DNA of 64,000 bases from positions 22,446,329-22,510,328 of the forward strand of contig NC_068983.1 in the NCBI RefSeq assembly GCF_001194135.2, given 5' to 3'. Shown one piece after another: positions 40,191 through 53,725 of the stretch. Both the position numbers and the translations under genes were made by a program. The notes below the pieces were generated by a model. It was given only the letters and a program-made list of their open reading frames with translations. It made no database searches and was not told the DNA's origin. How positions within the stretch are numbered: the stretch's first letter is position 1; each line of letters begins with the position of its first letter. Origin of the DNA: Octopus bimaculoides (taxonomy: Eukaryota).

Positions 40191-40730
40191 ATGGACACAA
40201 ATGTGTCTCTTTGAGGCCTGCTGGTGCCTTGCAAACCTTTTGGCAAATGGAGCAAGTTGAGGACTCAGTTTACTCGAGTGCTCGGGGATCATTCACTATG
40301 TGTTTTCTTGAGTGGATGGCAAGGCCTACCTTGCTTTGTACCACAAAACCACAATGACAGGTAAGGTTTCCATTTGGAAGAGCAGCATTTTGCCACCATG
40401 CCTTCATGCTGGCATGATGTTGGTCCCAATCTTGAGAGGAGATCTTGCTCAAATCTTTGAACTGATGAAAAGCATATATAATTCATTATTATTGGATTCT
40501 CCTAATGATTTCAATGTTTGAGGGCTTTTTTTTCTTTTGGTGTTGCTTTTGGGTGTTTTTATCTATATAACTCTGACAACCGTCTCTTTTATGAGACTTT
40601 AATCCAGCCACCAATTTACAAACAAGTCCACAGATTTGACATAGGAAAGGATTGTTAAAGCAGCTGGCATGTTCGCAAGTTAGTTTGAAATCCTGTCTTT
40701 GCTCTCAATTCTTTAAGATAATCTGGATGG
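40191..40730 (-). pseudogene. Decayed coding remnant with three C2H2 zinc fingers, probably a LINE ORF2 C-terminus
   Basis: FLCQICGLVCKLVAGLKSHKR (40647-40585), LTCHCGFVVQSKVGLAIHSRKH (40365-40300) and TCSICQKVCKAPAGLK[fs]RHICVH (40257-40191), separated by stops and frameshifts. Confidence 0.7.
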
Positions 40731-41626
40731 TCCAATTCCTAACTCTTTATATGGATTTATAGCAAGTTAACAGCCACCCATTTTGATTCAATAAAGTTTC
40801 TTCATTTTAATATGCACTTTTCTATGACAGCAACGGTTTAGACTGGCATTTATTTGAGGTAGGATTTTACAGCTAAATGATCTTTTTGTTGAAAACCCTT
40901 ACCTGCTTCTCAAGTAAGGGATTTTTATCCCAGAAGCCCTTGAAAGTACAAAGCAACCAACCATAATCTTCTCTGCTGTAGGCACAAGGCCCTGAATTTC
41001 AGAAGATGGGGTTAATTAATCACATCAACCCCAGTGTTAAACTAGTACTCATTTTATCAATCTCAAAAAGATGAAATGCAAAATCGACCTCAGCAAAATT
41101 TGAACTCGGAAAACATAAAGACGGACATAATACCATTAAGCATTTCATCTGGCATGCTAACAATCCTGCCAGATTGCTGCCTACACCATTTCATTGAAGC
41201 AACAAAGAGTGTTGAATATCAATGTTCAACACTCATACACAAGATGGGTTTCCTACGGTTTCTGTCTACCAAATTCATTCATAACCCAAGTTTGTAGTAG
41301 AAGATAGTGACCAAGGTTCCAACCAGTGCAACCAAATCCAAAACCACAAGGTTGCAAAGCAAACTTCTCAACCACAAATACTAATTCATTAGTGTTAAAA
41401 AACTTATTAATACTATGAGAAGATGGAAGGACTCTGCATAGTGTGTGTGTATGTGCATACATACACACACACTATGCATGCATATATATATATATATATA
41501 TATGCACACACACACACACATATAGAAGTAAGGCATAAACGTAGGGGTCAAAAGATTTCAAATGCATACATATACAAGTGTGTATATGAAAGAATGTGGA
41601 ATAAAAGACAGAATAAAAACACTAAC

Positions 41627-41976
41627 CAGTGATGCATATAAATACAAACTTATTACCAGTTCAAATAGGCTTCAGGCATATTTGAATACATAAGAAAGCA
41701 ATTCACTGTATTTTGTCATGGAGAAAATTTCTCACTGTAGACAGATAAGTGTAAACACCCACCAAGTCAGTTCATAGTGCCCTTTAACAAGACTGGTGGA
41801 AGCATCCTCTTCAGTATCAGAGACTGGAAAGGTAGACACTGCAAACTGACAAGAGACAGGTCTCCAGTCATCACACTATGGTGACTCACCATCAATAAGA
41901 TATGGAATAAAAGAGCTAAGCAGTGATGTATATAAATACAAACTTGTTACCGGTTCAAATATGCTTGGGGCATATT
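41627..41976 (+). repeat. Pair of ~56-bp imperfect direct repeats, 294 bp apart
   Basis: cagtgatg(c/t)atataaatacaaactt(a/g)ttacc(a/g)gttcaaat...gcatatt at 41627 and 41921. Confidence 0.85.
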
Positions 41977-42782
41977 CAATGAATGTATATCATCGTCATT
42001 TTAAAAGCCACTGTTTGATTCTTGAAAGGATAAGATGGTACTTATTGAGGTAGATTTTTCTATGGCCAGATGCCCTTCCTGTTGCCAACCCTCACTTTCT
42101 TCCATGTTAAGGTAATATTTCCCCATGATCAGACATGTTTGTGTAGAACACTAAAAACGAACGATGTTGCTTGTATGACAGTGGGGATCATATATAACTA
42201 TCAGGTAATGTTAAGACAAATGAACACACACACACATTCAAAAACATACACACACATCTATCTCCAAAATCTACTCATAAGGCTTTGGTTAGCCCAGGGC
42301 TATAGTAGATACTTGCCCAAAGTGCCAGACAGTGGTACCGAACCATTGGGAAGCAAACTTCTTACCATATAACCACACCTGTGCTTTAATCTGGATACAA
42401 ACTTATAAACACATGGAAATGATTACATAGATATGATTTAAGTACATATGTGCATGCACACACACAAAGTATCATTGAGTATATATGTTTCAATCAACAA
42501 AATTCCATAGCTTAGAGTAATGGCCTGCAAACTGACAAATGTCAATCTCCCACCCATTCACTCAAAATATCAGTGTAATTTCAGGGACCCCTCCTCATCT
42601 TTCTTAAAGAGATGATAATATAGAGTTTACATTCATATAATTTTTTTCTTCACTAAGGTGTTTGACAAGCTTAAAATGTTGGCAAGAAGGTAATTCATCT
42701 GTCTTCTCTTTAATCCGCACAGTCATCCCCAGCCTCCTATGAGAAACAGTCATCTAGAGAGGCCAGAGATGCTCAACAAATA

Positions 42783-42787
42783 CGCGC

Positions 42788-42825
<38 letters not shown>

Positions 42826-42833
42826 ATGCGTGC
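42783..42833. repeat. (TGCG)n microsatellite
   Basis: Read directly from sequence. Confidence 0.95.
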
Positions 42834-43074
42834 GTTGTTACAGCATTGGATAGAGTGCATTGTAGTTATTTGTTCTGGTTCTCAGTGTTATGAGTTCAAA
42901 TCTTGCCGAGACCAACTTTGCTTTAACCCTTTCCAAATCATCATCATCATTCAGCATGTTTTCAATACTGACAGCAATTGGATGATTTGACAGATTCTAA
43001 TGAGTCAACTTTAATCTATAGAAGCCCTATACATGTGTGTGCACATGCATATATATGCTTTATATATGTATGTG

Positions 43075-43107
<33 letters not shown>

Positions 43108-43583
43108 ATGAATGCATACACACACACAGAAGTGCAGGTGTGGCTCTGAGGCTAAGAAATTTGCTGCCTTACCATATGGTTCCAGGTTTAGTCACACTGC
43201 ATGGCAACTTAGGTGTCTTCTATTATTGCCCCAGGCCTACCAAAGTTCTGGTCTGTGGATTTGATAAGATGAAAACTGAAAGAAACCTATTGCACACACA
43301 CACACACATATATATATATNNNNNNNNNNNNNNNNNNNNNNNNNNNNNNNNNNNNNNNNNNNNNNNNNNNNNNNNNNNNNNNNNNNNNNNNNNNNNNNNN
43401 NNNNNNNNNNNNNNNNNNNNNNNNNNNNNNNNNNNNNNNNNNNNNNNNNNNNNNNNNNNNNNNNNNNNNNNNNNNNNNNNNNNNNNNNNNNNNNNNNNNN
43501 NNNNNNNNNNNNNNNNNNNNNNNNNNNNNNNNNNNNNNNNNNNNNNNNNNNNNNNNNNNNNNNNNNNNNNNNNNNNNNNNNNN

Positions 43584-43665
43584 GAGAAAGAGAGGAAGAG
43601 AAAGAGAGGAAGAGAAAGAGAGGAAGAGAAAGAGAGGAAGAGAAAGAGAGGAAGAGAAAGAGAGT
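43584..43665 (+). repeat. 14-bp tandem repeat (GAGAAAGAGAGGAA)n extending into the gap
   Basis: Read directly from sequence. Confidence 0.9.
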
Positions 43666-44949
43666 GAGAGAGAGGGAAGAGAGTGATATATATATATATA
43701 TACAGACACACACCTGTATGTAAAAATGTATGTGTAAGTGTGTGTATAATTGTCTGTTTGCTTCCTTGTTTTAATATTCCATGATGGTTGCAAATGAGTG
43801 CCACTATCATGCAAGAGGTGTCAATCATTTCCAATATTCTGAGAAAACATGTCTGGGGCTAGTACGGAAATATTACCTTGCTCAGAAACAGGTGAGGGTT
43901 GGCAACGAGAAGAGCATCCAACCATAGAAAATCTGCCTCAACAAACTCAGTCTGACCCATAAAAAGGAAAAAGGACATTATGATGATACACATGCTTTAT
44001 TTAAGTGCATAACACCTGGCCTTTGGCCAATTTTCATCCTGTTAGATTCTCAGGTGATCCAAGCTGGTGTAAGGGTTGAGAGTTTCCAAATCCAGGAAGA
44101 CAATATTCTTGGATCATAGTGGCTCCCTGTTCCAGCAGAAACAAGCTGTACAAATGCAGCCATCAACTTAGGGAGGAAGGGAGAGAGAGAAAGAGAGAGT
44201 GATGTGTGTGTGTGTGTGTGTGTGTATGTGCGTGCACGCGTGCGCACGTGTGGAAATAGCACAAGTAGCAATACTGTGATGGGCACATATGTAAAAGAAT
44301 TAGCATTGAAAACAGCTAACAGTAATATGTGTGGAGGATGTGTGTGAAAGGGCATGTGCATATGTGAGAGAACATTGCGTGGAAGAACATGTATGTGTGG
44401 GTGTCTTGATTTAGACGGCATGAGTATGCATATGTGCATGTGTAGGTGCGCAAGCACCTTTGGAGAGTGAGTGTGAGGTGTTTGAACACATGTGAGTGTA
44501 TGTACGTGTGCATGAGTATGGGCATGAGTGTATATATGTGAAAGTGTGTATGAATATTAGTGAGTGGGCATGTATTATATAATGTAAATGTATGAATGAG
44601 TGAGTAAGTGTGTGTGGTGTTTAATTAATTATTCTATTGAATCTAGATCTGATTATAATGTTGGTGTCTGGATACATGTTAATCGAAGTGCATATCATCT
44701 AATTGTGCTGAGAGAGAGAGAGTGTGTGTGTATGCAGCAAGCTCAATGTGTGCATGCACACATACACACACACAGAAGTAACCATTTAGATATCATTCGA
44801 ATATCAGTAGAAAAAGAAAATGGATTAGCAGTGAAAAAGAAAGAAAAAAAGTAAAGATATAGATTTAATAATAACTTAAATACTTACAGACAATATCTTG
44901 ATTGAGTAGTTTTAAATGTTTCCACATGCAAATCCATAAACACACACAT

Positions 44950-44980
<31 letters not shown>

Positions 44981-45326
44981 CCTACACATGTACACAGACA
45001 CAGAAAGACATATGCATATATATTAACAAACATTTACATCTCCACATGTGTACAGACATCCATACGTATGCATATATATATATATAGACAGACAGACAGA
45101 CACACACACACAAGCATATACACACACACAAATATATAAATACATACACACATATATATACATATTATAGAAACATGCATACACACATATTCATATATAG
45201 GTATACATACATATAGAATTAATGCTGAAATAAAATTTCTCAGGATAACGAAACATTTCATGTGTAAAGGATTTAAAAAAAACTCAACAAAGCAAAATAA
45301 TATTATCTAAATTTAATTTCTTGTGC

Positions 45327-45489
45327 TTTAAATCTAATAAGCACACTAAAATAGGAGTGCCGTTGAACATATTAAAATACATATAAGACGGTAACAAGGT
45401 ATCGGGACTCAATACTTTAATGTCTGCCTATATGAATTTTGATATGTATAACAGCACTCCTGTTTTATAGTATGCTAATTAGATTTAAA
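45327..45489. repeat. Long imperfect inverted repeat (~65-bp arms, ~30-bp spacer), MITE-like
   Basis: Left arm tttaaatctaataagcacactaaaataggagtgccgttgaacatatt...; reverse complement of right arm tttaaatctaattagcatactataaaacaggagtgctgttatacatatc... Confidence 0.85.
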
Positions 45490-45968
45490 CTATGGCCTAT
45501 TTTATATATGCAAATATATACATATTACATATTTACTTCGCTGTATCGAGATTCTTGGATGTTGTTATACCTCACTGCTCACAATGCACTTCCTCGAATT
45601 GTGGATTTCGAATGATGCCATGCTGCTGACTGATCAGAATATAAGTTCTTCGTAGAGTTTCCTATTTACAGCTGAGTGGACTGAAGCGACAAGAAATGAG
45701 GTGTTTTGCTCAAGAATACAACGCACTACAGGTCTTGGAATAGAAACCCTAATCTTGCGATCATGAGTGCTATACCCTAACCACTAGGGCATGCACCTTC
45801 ATATTTTTTTTATCTTTTTACCCATTTCAGTCCTTTCATTGCGGCCATGCTGGGGCACCAATCAAAGAATTCGACTCCAGGACTTGTTATTTTTAAGCTT
45901 AGTACATATTTTATCAGTCTCTTTGGTCAAACTGCTAAGTTACAGTTGTCAAGCAGTGATTGGGGTTG

Positions 45969-46023
<55 letters not shown>

Positions 46024-46254
46024 GTGAATACAGACTGTGCATTTCATAAAGGGTACATGTCTGAATAGTTCAAGAGCGGATTGTATACTTGGCTGAATCG
46101 AATTTTCTGCAAGCACTACAAGAATTTCATTCTACATATATACAAAGGCTGGTATTTACAAATTATTGTTGTGTGTGTATATTATTCCGACTTAACTGGG
46201 TGCACCAACTTAAGTACCTTAATCAACTGAATTTTACATATATATATATGTGTG

Positions 46255-46637
46255 TGGCACATGAAAAAACATTCGAGCAAGGTCATTGCCAGTGCCGCTG
46301 GACTGGCTCCTGTGCAGGTGGCACGTAAAAACACCATTTGAGCGTGGCCGTTGTCAGTACCACCTGACTGACCCTCATGCCCGTGGCACGTCAAAGTACC
46401 CACTACACTTTCACAGTGGTTGGCGTTAGGAAGGGCATCCAGCTGTAGAAACTCTGCCAGATCAGATTGGAGCCTGGTGCAGCCATCTGGTTCGCCAGTC
46501 CTCAGTCAAATCGTCCAACCCATGCTAGCATGGAAAGCGGACGTTAAACNNNNNNNNNNTCGCTAGTCCTCAGTCAAATCGTCCAACCCATGCTAGCATG
46601 GAAAGCGGACGTTAAACGACGATGATGATGATGATGA
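46255..46637 (+). mobile_element. Family D RTE-type tail with three ~65-bp subrepeat starts
   Basis: ggcac(a/g)t..aaa units near 46256, 46321 and 46386; 3' end duplicated across a 10-N gap. Confidence 0.85.
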
Positions 46638-47701
46638 AATATATATGATGGGCTTCTTTCAGTTTCCGTCAACCAAATCCACTCACAAGACTTTGGTTGG
46701 CCTGAATCTATAGCAGAAGACACTTGCCCAAGGTGTCATGCAGTGAGACTGAACCCAGAACCATATGGCTGATAAACAAGCTTCTTACCACACAGCCATG
46801 CCTACGCCTATGTATATTTACATACATAAAAGAAATGTTTGTCCATCTGTAAGAATGATTTGGTAAGAAAATATTCTTTCATTACCATGACATTTGAAAA
46901 GCAACATCCTATCCTTTTTCATAAATACAATTATATTTCTTTTCCTGCTCTTACCCTTCCCCCTGCCAATCTATTTGTCATTATATAATTATTTTCTGAG
47001 ATATCAATTCCCTTCACTCAGCTAAATTTTGACATGCTTCTTTCAGCTTCCATCTAACAAATGCACTCACAAGGCTTTGGTCAGCTTGGGGCAATAGTAG
47101 AAAGACACTCACCTAAGGTGCCATGCAGTGGGACTGAACCTGAAACCATGCAGTTGGGAAGCAAGCTTCTCAACACACAGCCATGCCTGTTGCATTCCCC
47201 GCCATCTCACAAACTCGAACCTGTTCAAATTTTGTGTCATATTCTGTACATACATACATACATACTGTGTATATGTATGGTTTATGTACATGTGTGCACG
47301 TGCACACACACACATGTATATAGAATATTAGATGCAGAGATTTCTGTACATCCTATTTTTCAATTATCTTGGTGACAAAAATGAAGAAAAAAAAATCAGA
47401 AAATTACATACAAAAAAATAAAAGGAACAAACAGGAGCAGTGAAACCTCATGAAATACAAATGCCAAAACAAAAAAAAATATAAATATAGCAAAAATAGC
47501 ATAAAACATTTTTTAAACACAATATGAGTTCTATTACAAAAATAAACAAAAAACAGTTTAAAGTTAAAAAGAAAATTATATATATTTCACTAAAAATACT
47601 TCCAAAATCAATTAAAATTAAGGGGAAAGAGTAAAATATGAGCAGTCCAAATTCAAATAGATCAAACAGATGCAAAACCAATTTTGCCATATTTTCATGG
47701 A

Positions 47702-47714
47702 GTTGCTAAGCAAC
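47702..47714. promoter_or_regulatory. Palindromic RFX X-box-like motif
   Basis: GTTGCTAAGCAAC; motif match only. Confidence 0.25.
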
Positions 47715-48694
47715 AAAGTATAAATCGAATCAGATTTATATTTCAAGCAGAACGAAATGTGTGTGTAGAAAACAACTTTAAATGATTGATACAATAATAT
47801 AAACAGCACAGAAAAACAAAGAGAGAAAAAGAATAAGAAAAGCAAAAAAAAGAGTGTACTGTATGAATGCCAAGGCAATCAGAAATCCAACAACCACAAG
47901 AGAAAATATAAGAAAATTAGTCAACCAATCATTACAGATAAGTGCAGTTCACAAGGATATATATATATATATAAACAAACCACACTTCACTTTTCATTCA
48001 CAGAAAAGTCAGAAAATTGCAAAATAGGTGAATACATTCAAACTTTCCAACGACATACTTTTGTGTTCGGCCCCACTGTGTGACATGTTAGGCAAGCATC
48101 TTCCACTATATCCGCAGAACGACTCAAGTCTTGTGAGTGGGTTTGGTAGGAGAAACTGGAAGAAACCTGTTGTGTATGAGTGTACATGTATCATTATCAT
48201 TAAACGTCCATTTTCCATGCTGGCATGGGTTGGACGGTTTGACAGGAGCTGGCTAGCTATGGAGCTGTCCAGGTTCCAATTGTCAGATTTGGCATGGTTT
48301 CTGCAGTTGGATGCCCTTCCTAACACCAACCACTCTACAAAGTGTGCTGGGAGCTTTCGACATGCTACTGGCAAGGGTACTCTTATGTGGCACCGCACAA
48401 GTGCATTTTACATACAACTGGCATGAGTGTATTCGTATGTGGCACTGGCATGAGTGCATTTGTATGTGGAACCAATGCAAGTGCATTTCATAAGTGCAGT
48501 TCACACAGCATTGGCACAAATACAGTTCACGTGGCACCAGCACCTGCAAGACACTTGTTTACATTTGCATTTCTCTGAAAAATCACACAGTTACAAACCA
48601 CTAGGCCACATGTTTTCACAAATATGGAAGGGATATGGAACTCACGTTTTAGCTCTCCCTTTGTGCCTGTGTCAACACCTAGTTTTAAAATATT

Positions 48695-49035
48695 CATAAA
48701 CCACATGGTTCCAGGTTCAGTCCCACTACATGGCACCTTGGGCAAGTGTTTTCTTCTGTAGACTCAGCCCGACCAAAGACTTGAGTGGGTTTGGCAGACA
48801 GAAACTAAAAGAAGCCTGTCGCGTGTGTGTATGTGTCCCCACTCCCCACCATCACTTGACAAGCAATGTTGGTGTGTTTACATCCCCCGTAACTTAGCAG
48901 TTCAGCAAAAGAGCCCAATAGAATAAGTACTAGCATACAAAGAATAAGTCTGAGGGTTGATTTCTTCAACTAAAATGCAGTGCCCCAGCATGGCCGCAGT
49001 CAAATGACTAAAACAAATGAAAGAATAAAAGAATA
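48695..49035 (+). mobile_element. Family A SINE
   Basis: Head, body and tail alignable. Confidence 0.85.
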
Positions 49036-49591
49036 TATTCACTTAATCCTAGATTTATCTGTGAAATTGGAATTGTGCAGTTGGTGGAGAGAGTGAAAAA
49101 GATTAAAGAAGATTTGAAAATATATCAAATGTGAAGAAAGTTAGGTGGTCACAGACAAAAGTTGTGGTGAATGATGGTGTGCTCTACAACTAACCTATGT
49201 CAACGAAGAAAACAGATATGAGCATGAATTTGTCGTATAAAAACACACATAGCAGGCTTCTTTCAATTTTTGTCAACCAAATCCACACACAAGACTTTAG
49301 CTGACCCAAACCAATAGTAGAAGATTGTTGCCCAAGGAGCCATGCAGTAGGACTGAACCTGAAACCATGTGGTTGGGAAACGAACTTATCACACGGCCAC
49401 ACTTGCACATATGTATATGACCACGTGGTTAAGAATTGTGATTTAAAACCACATGGCTTGCATTTGCATCCCATCCCAACCCCATGTGAACACAGTTGTT
49501 ATCAACCATAACTCTTGAGTTGAGCAATGTCTTGAAATTGAAATTCAGAAGACAGAAACTGTAATATTTTTGTCATATGCACACACATGCA

Positions 49592-49633
<42 letters not shown>

Positions 49634-49894
49634 CCATGTCTTGGAACAAAAAGTCACCATCATATATAAGCAGCGTCATTTGTTTTACAATCCTCTGCAA
49701 AAGCATGTCCAGCCATTAAGCTGTCCATTTGTCAAAAGGACTTGGGGAAGTATAACCATACCTGAAATCAGGTGAAGTTTAGTGACAGGAAGAGCATCCA
49801 GCTGTAAGAAAATCTGCCTCAGCAGAGTTTGTTTGACTCAAGCATGTATCAAAAAGTAGCCATTAAAATAATGATGATGATGGCAATATATTTC

Positions 49895-50113
49895 TTAACC
49901 TTTTAGCATTTAAGCCAGCCAAATACAGCCCCATTCTACCAGTTTTATCTTCAGATCAACCAGATCTGGCCTATCACACCACCCTACAATGTCATTTTAA
50001 AAATAAACACATCCTGAAAATCTCAAAGTTATGAGATAGCGCATAATCAATTGAAAACAATGCAAATAAATAAGCATTACATTTGACAAAACAATCTGAA
50101 TGCTAAAGGTCAA
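49895..50113 (-). mobile_element. piggyBac-like MITE (family F)
   Basis: ttaaccttttagcattt ... aatgctaaaggtcaa. Confidence 0.82.
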
Positions 50114-51774
50114 AGGTCTTGAGCAAATTAGATTAATTTGATTTCTCTTTAAGTCACTGAATAGAAAATAAATAATCACAAAGAACTGTTCTAAAATAAA
50201 CACTGACAGAGAAAAATGCTTCAAATAAATAACATATTTTGAACATGAATTCAGTTTTACAAAGCAGTCATACAGCCCAATAAGAAGTAATCTCATTATC
50301 TTACAGGTATATACTTATATCATCCCCAACCAACCCACCTAACCGATGAGATACTTTATTCAGATCCAGACTTCAACAGAAAAAGTAAATGAAGCAATAA
50401 GGACACGAGCATGGCTGTGTGCTTAAGAAGTTCACTTCACAACCATGTGGTTTCAGGTTCAGTCCCTGTGTGCAGCACTTTGTGCTATTACAGCCAGTCC
50501 TCAGTCAAATCGTCCAACCCATGCTAGCATGGAAAGCGGACGTTAAACAATGATAATGTACAAAAAAGTAAGCATTAATAAATAAAAATATATATAGATA
50601 TACACACAAGTGCATGTCTCTTTGCATGAATGTTTACAGTCTGCTTTTCTCTAAAATATCACTGCGCTATGAACAGTGATGTTTCTTAACATTTTCCAAT
50701 CAACAAATCATCCAGTGGCTCTGCACTTTTGAAGATGAATGGAATTATAACTCTCATACTTGTAAAACAGATAACAACCAACAGCATGAGCCTCCAATGG
50801 TAAAAACAATGTCTCAATAATAGATGTCCACCTAATCTATGTTAACATAGAGAAACCAACACAACAACAAATAAACAAAAATAGATTAAATAAAGGATCT
50901 CATGCAGTCTCTCTATGGGTCATGCCATCTCTGGTGGCCTTCCTTATAAAATATCTATGGCGAGTTAGGCATATTTTGTAACTTACTGAAATTTAAAAAT
51001 CCTAGGGAAAATGAAACCATGAAGATTGTGCTTGAGACAAGTTTATTTGAGCAATTTGCATTCCATCAGAAGAGAGATTATCTAATGGGAATACCCAGGA
51101 TTTGTAAGAACACTAAGTTTGAAATAATCACAACTAGTTAAACGCAACTCATGTAACTATGAAATATGTAGAGAGCCTTTTGCTGAACCCATCAACTTCA
51201 AGGTTTTCAACCTTTCTGTTGAATTGATAAGAATACATTAAACAAAACTTCTTTTGTTATACAAATGTCATCATCATTGTTCATTTAATGTCTGGTTTCC
51301 ATACTGGCATGAGTTGGACAGTTTGAGAGGAACTGGCAAGCCAGGGGACTACATGAAGACCCAATATCTGTTTGCATGGTTTCTACAGCTGGATGCTCTT
51401 CCTAATGCCAACCACTTTACAGGATGCACTAGGTGCATTTTTCAGCACATACCCAGAAAGTTTGGGAGAGGGACCAGTTGATTATATTGATTCCAGTACT
51501 TGACTGCTACTTTCATCAATCTCTAAAGAATGAAAAGCACAGATGACTATAGCAAGATATTAACTCTTTAATTTATCATAATTAGATCTCAGTTAAAATA
51601 ATAACAATATAGGTCTTGCTCATTCTATGATATCCAACAATTTTCACAATATTCTTCATATAGGACACACCAAATAACACTGAGATATGATGAAGAGGCA
51701 CACCAAAGGAAAACTATTTCGGCAGATCCACATTAGAATATGGTTCCACATTAAAAAAACACTGCTAAATTCTT

Positions 51775-52140
51775 TCATTTTTTATCTTTTACTTGTTTCA
51801 GTCATTGGACTATGGCCATGTTGGGGTACTGCTGTGAAGAATTTTAGTTGAACAAATCAAACCCAGTCTGGTACTTATTTTTTTAAAGTTTGGTATTTAT
51901 TCTATCAATCTCTTTTGCTAAACTATTAAGTTACAGGGATGTAAACAAATTAAAACCAGTTGTGAAACAGTGGTGGAGACACACACATACAACAGGCTTC
52001 CACACAGTTTCCATCAACCAGATTCACTCAAGACACTGGCTAGTCTGGTGTTATTGCAAAAGGCATCCAAAATGCTGTGCAGTGGGACTGAACCCATAAC
52101 AAAATAGTTGGGAAACAGGTTTCTTAACCACACAGCTACA
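51775..52140 (-). mobile_element. Family A SINE
   Basis: Reverse-complement tail ttttacttgtttcagtcattggac through to the reverse-complement head. Confidence 0.8.
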
Positions 52141-52879
52141 AATTGATCAGTAGCTTCAAGGAATGCTTACAGAAAACAAGGTGCACACTGGTACAACTGC
52201 ATTCTAGTTTTCAGTCTATGTGAATTTACTATGACAGTCAAAGAGACCTAGAAGTTGCCAAAACCTCTCCAGACAGCAATGGCACTCCATGTACTGTCCC
52301 ACATCCTTCCGACTCACTGCACAACTCTTCCATATAGTCAAATGAACTGGACCTAAGGATTAACTCAAGGGAAGTGACAGAACTTCTGGAAAAAAAAACC
52401 AGAATGAGAACAACATTGATAAAAAATATCGGGTGCTGAAAGGGAAGCTGTGACTATGATGCTGTTCTTGCAAGTTTTAGCAATTAAAATGCAAACTGTT
52501 TATAACAACAAAAAAAACTCTCTATCCACCTTCCCCCACCACCACCACCTCCATGAAAGAGGGCTCGTTTGCTGTAGAAAGCCAGGTAGTTATTAATTAG
52601 CTTTATCAACTCATTCATAATTTCAGGCCCTAAAAAGTATAGAAAAGGCAGGGGGTAAATAAATACCCCTTGATGGAGAGGTGCGTGGACAAAGAAGCTA
52701 GAAGACAATGATAGGACATGGGAGGGGGGAGGTATTGGAGAAAGCATAACAAGGCAGCATGAAAAACTAGGGTAGATGATAAGAAGAGAGGGGAGGGGAG
52801 ACTACTGACAACTATCCATGACAAAGCTTCTCATGCATAACTCCCAGGAACACCCTCAAACACTACTAGCACCACCACC

Positions 52880-53010
52880 ACCAGCAGCAGCGCGATCAGC
52901 ACCACCCTAATTTTGGCACGAGAAGCCAGTGCCATTCATTGTCATACTTCTCCCTCCCTCTACGCTTCTGGGTGGGAGGATTAGTGCACAGTTGAAGACA
53001 GAGGAGCACG

Positions 53011-53045
<35 letters not shown>

Positions 53046-53055
53046 TCTGCGATCA

Positions 53056-53091
<36 letters not shown>

Positions 53092-53725
53092 CTTTCTCTT
53101 ACGCTCTCCCCGAAATAAGTAAGAAGAGGAAAACTGGAAAAGGAGGTAGCCATAGCAACAGAGACAGACAGTAGCATGTGCTCACATTTGCAATAGGGAA
53201 TATGTACGCACGCTCTGAAGATGTAGAGGCACACACAGACACAAAAATACACACACACACACACACAAACATACACACTCGTTATACATGTGGTATTTGT
53301 ATGTATACAAAAAACATCCAGCATCAGGAAGATCACACAGATAACAGTAACACATCAATACACCAGCAAGCACACACATACACACACATACACACACACA
53401 CACACACACACATACATACATAGAAACAAAGAATTTTTCTAAAAATTTATCTTCACATTAGACACAATAAAGATTTTTACACACACACACACACACACAC
53501 ACAGAACAGCCTGAGAATGGAAGCTGGAGACGAGGAGGGAGGAAGAAGACAGACAGACAGACAAACAGACAGAAGTCGCTTCCTATGCCTGTTCAGCTAT
53601 TGACTAACAAACACACCATCTGACCAGTCTCATTATTCTGCTGCACTGTTGCCATGGTGATGTCTAGCTGCAAAGTTGTTGCTAAAGCAAGCACTAACCG
53701 CTTTTACCTACGCCTTACCTCCATC
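52880..53725. promoter_or_regulatory. Candidate promoter/enhancer with three X-box-like sites
   Basis: No recognised transposon, locally more GC/CpG; GTAGCCATAGCAAC (53146-53159), GTTGCCATGGTGAT (53648-53661), GTTGCTAAAGCAAG (53678-53691); minus-strand donor GAG|GTAAGG at 53718. Confidence 0.35.

Noticed and set aside
52171-52385. Minus-strand exon candidate SSVTSLELILRSSSFDYMEELCSESEG...
   Set aside because: Good acceptor, but all frames terminate and the phase does not fit the 54145 candidate
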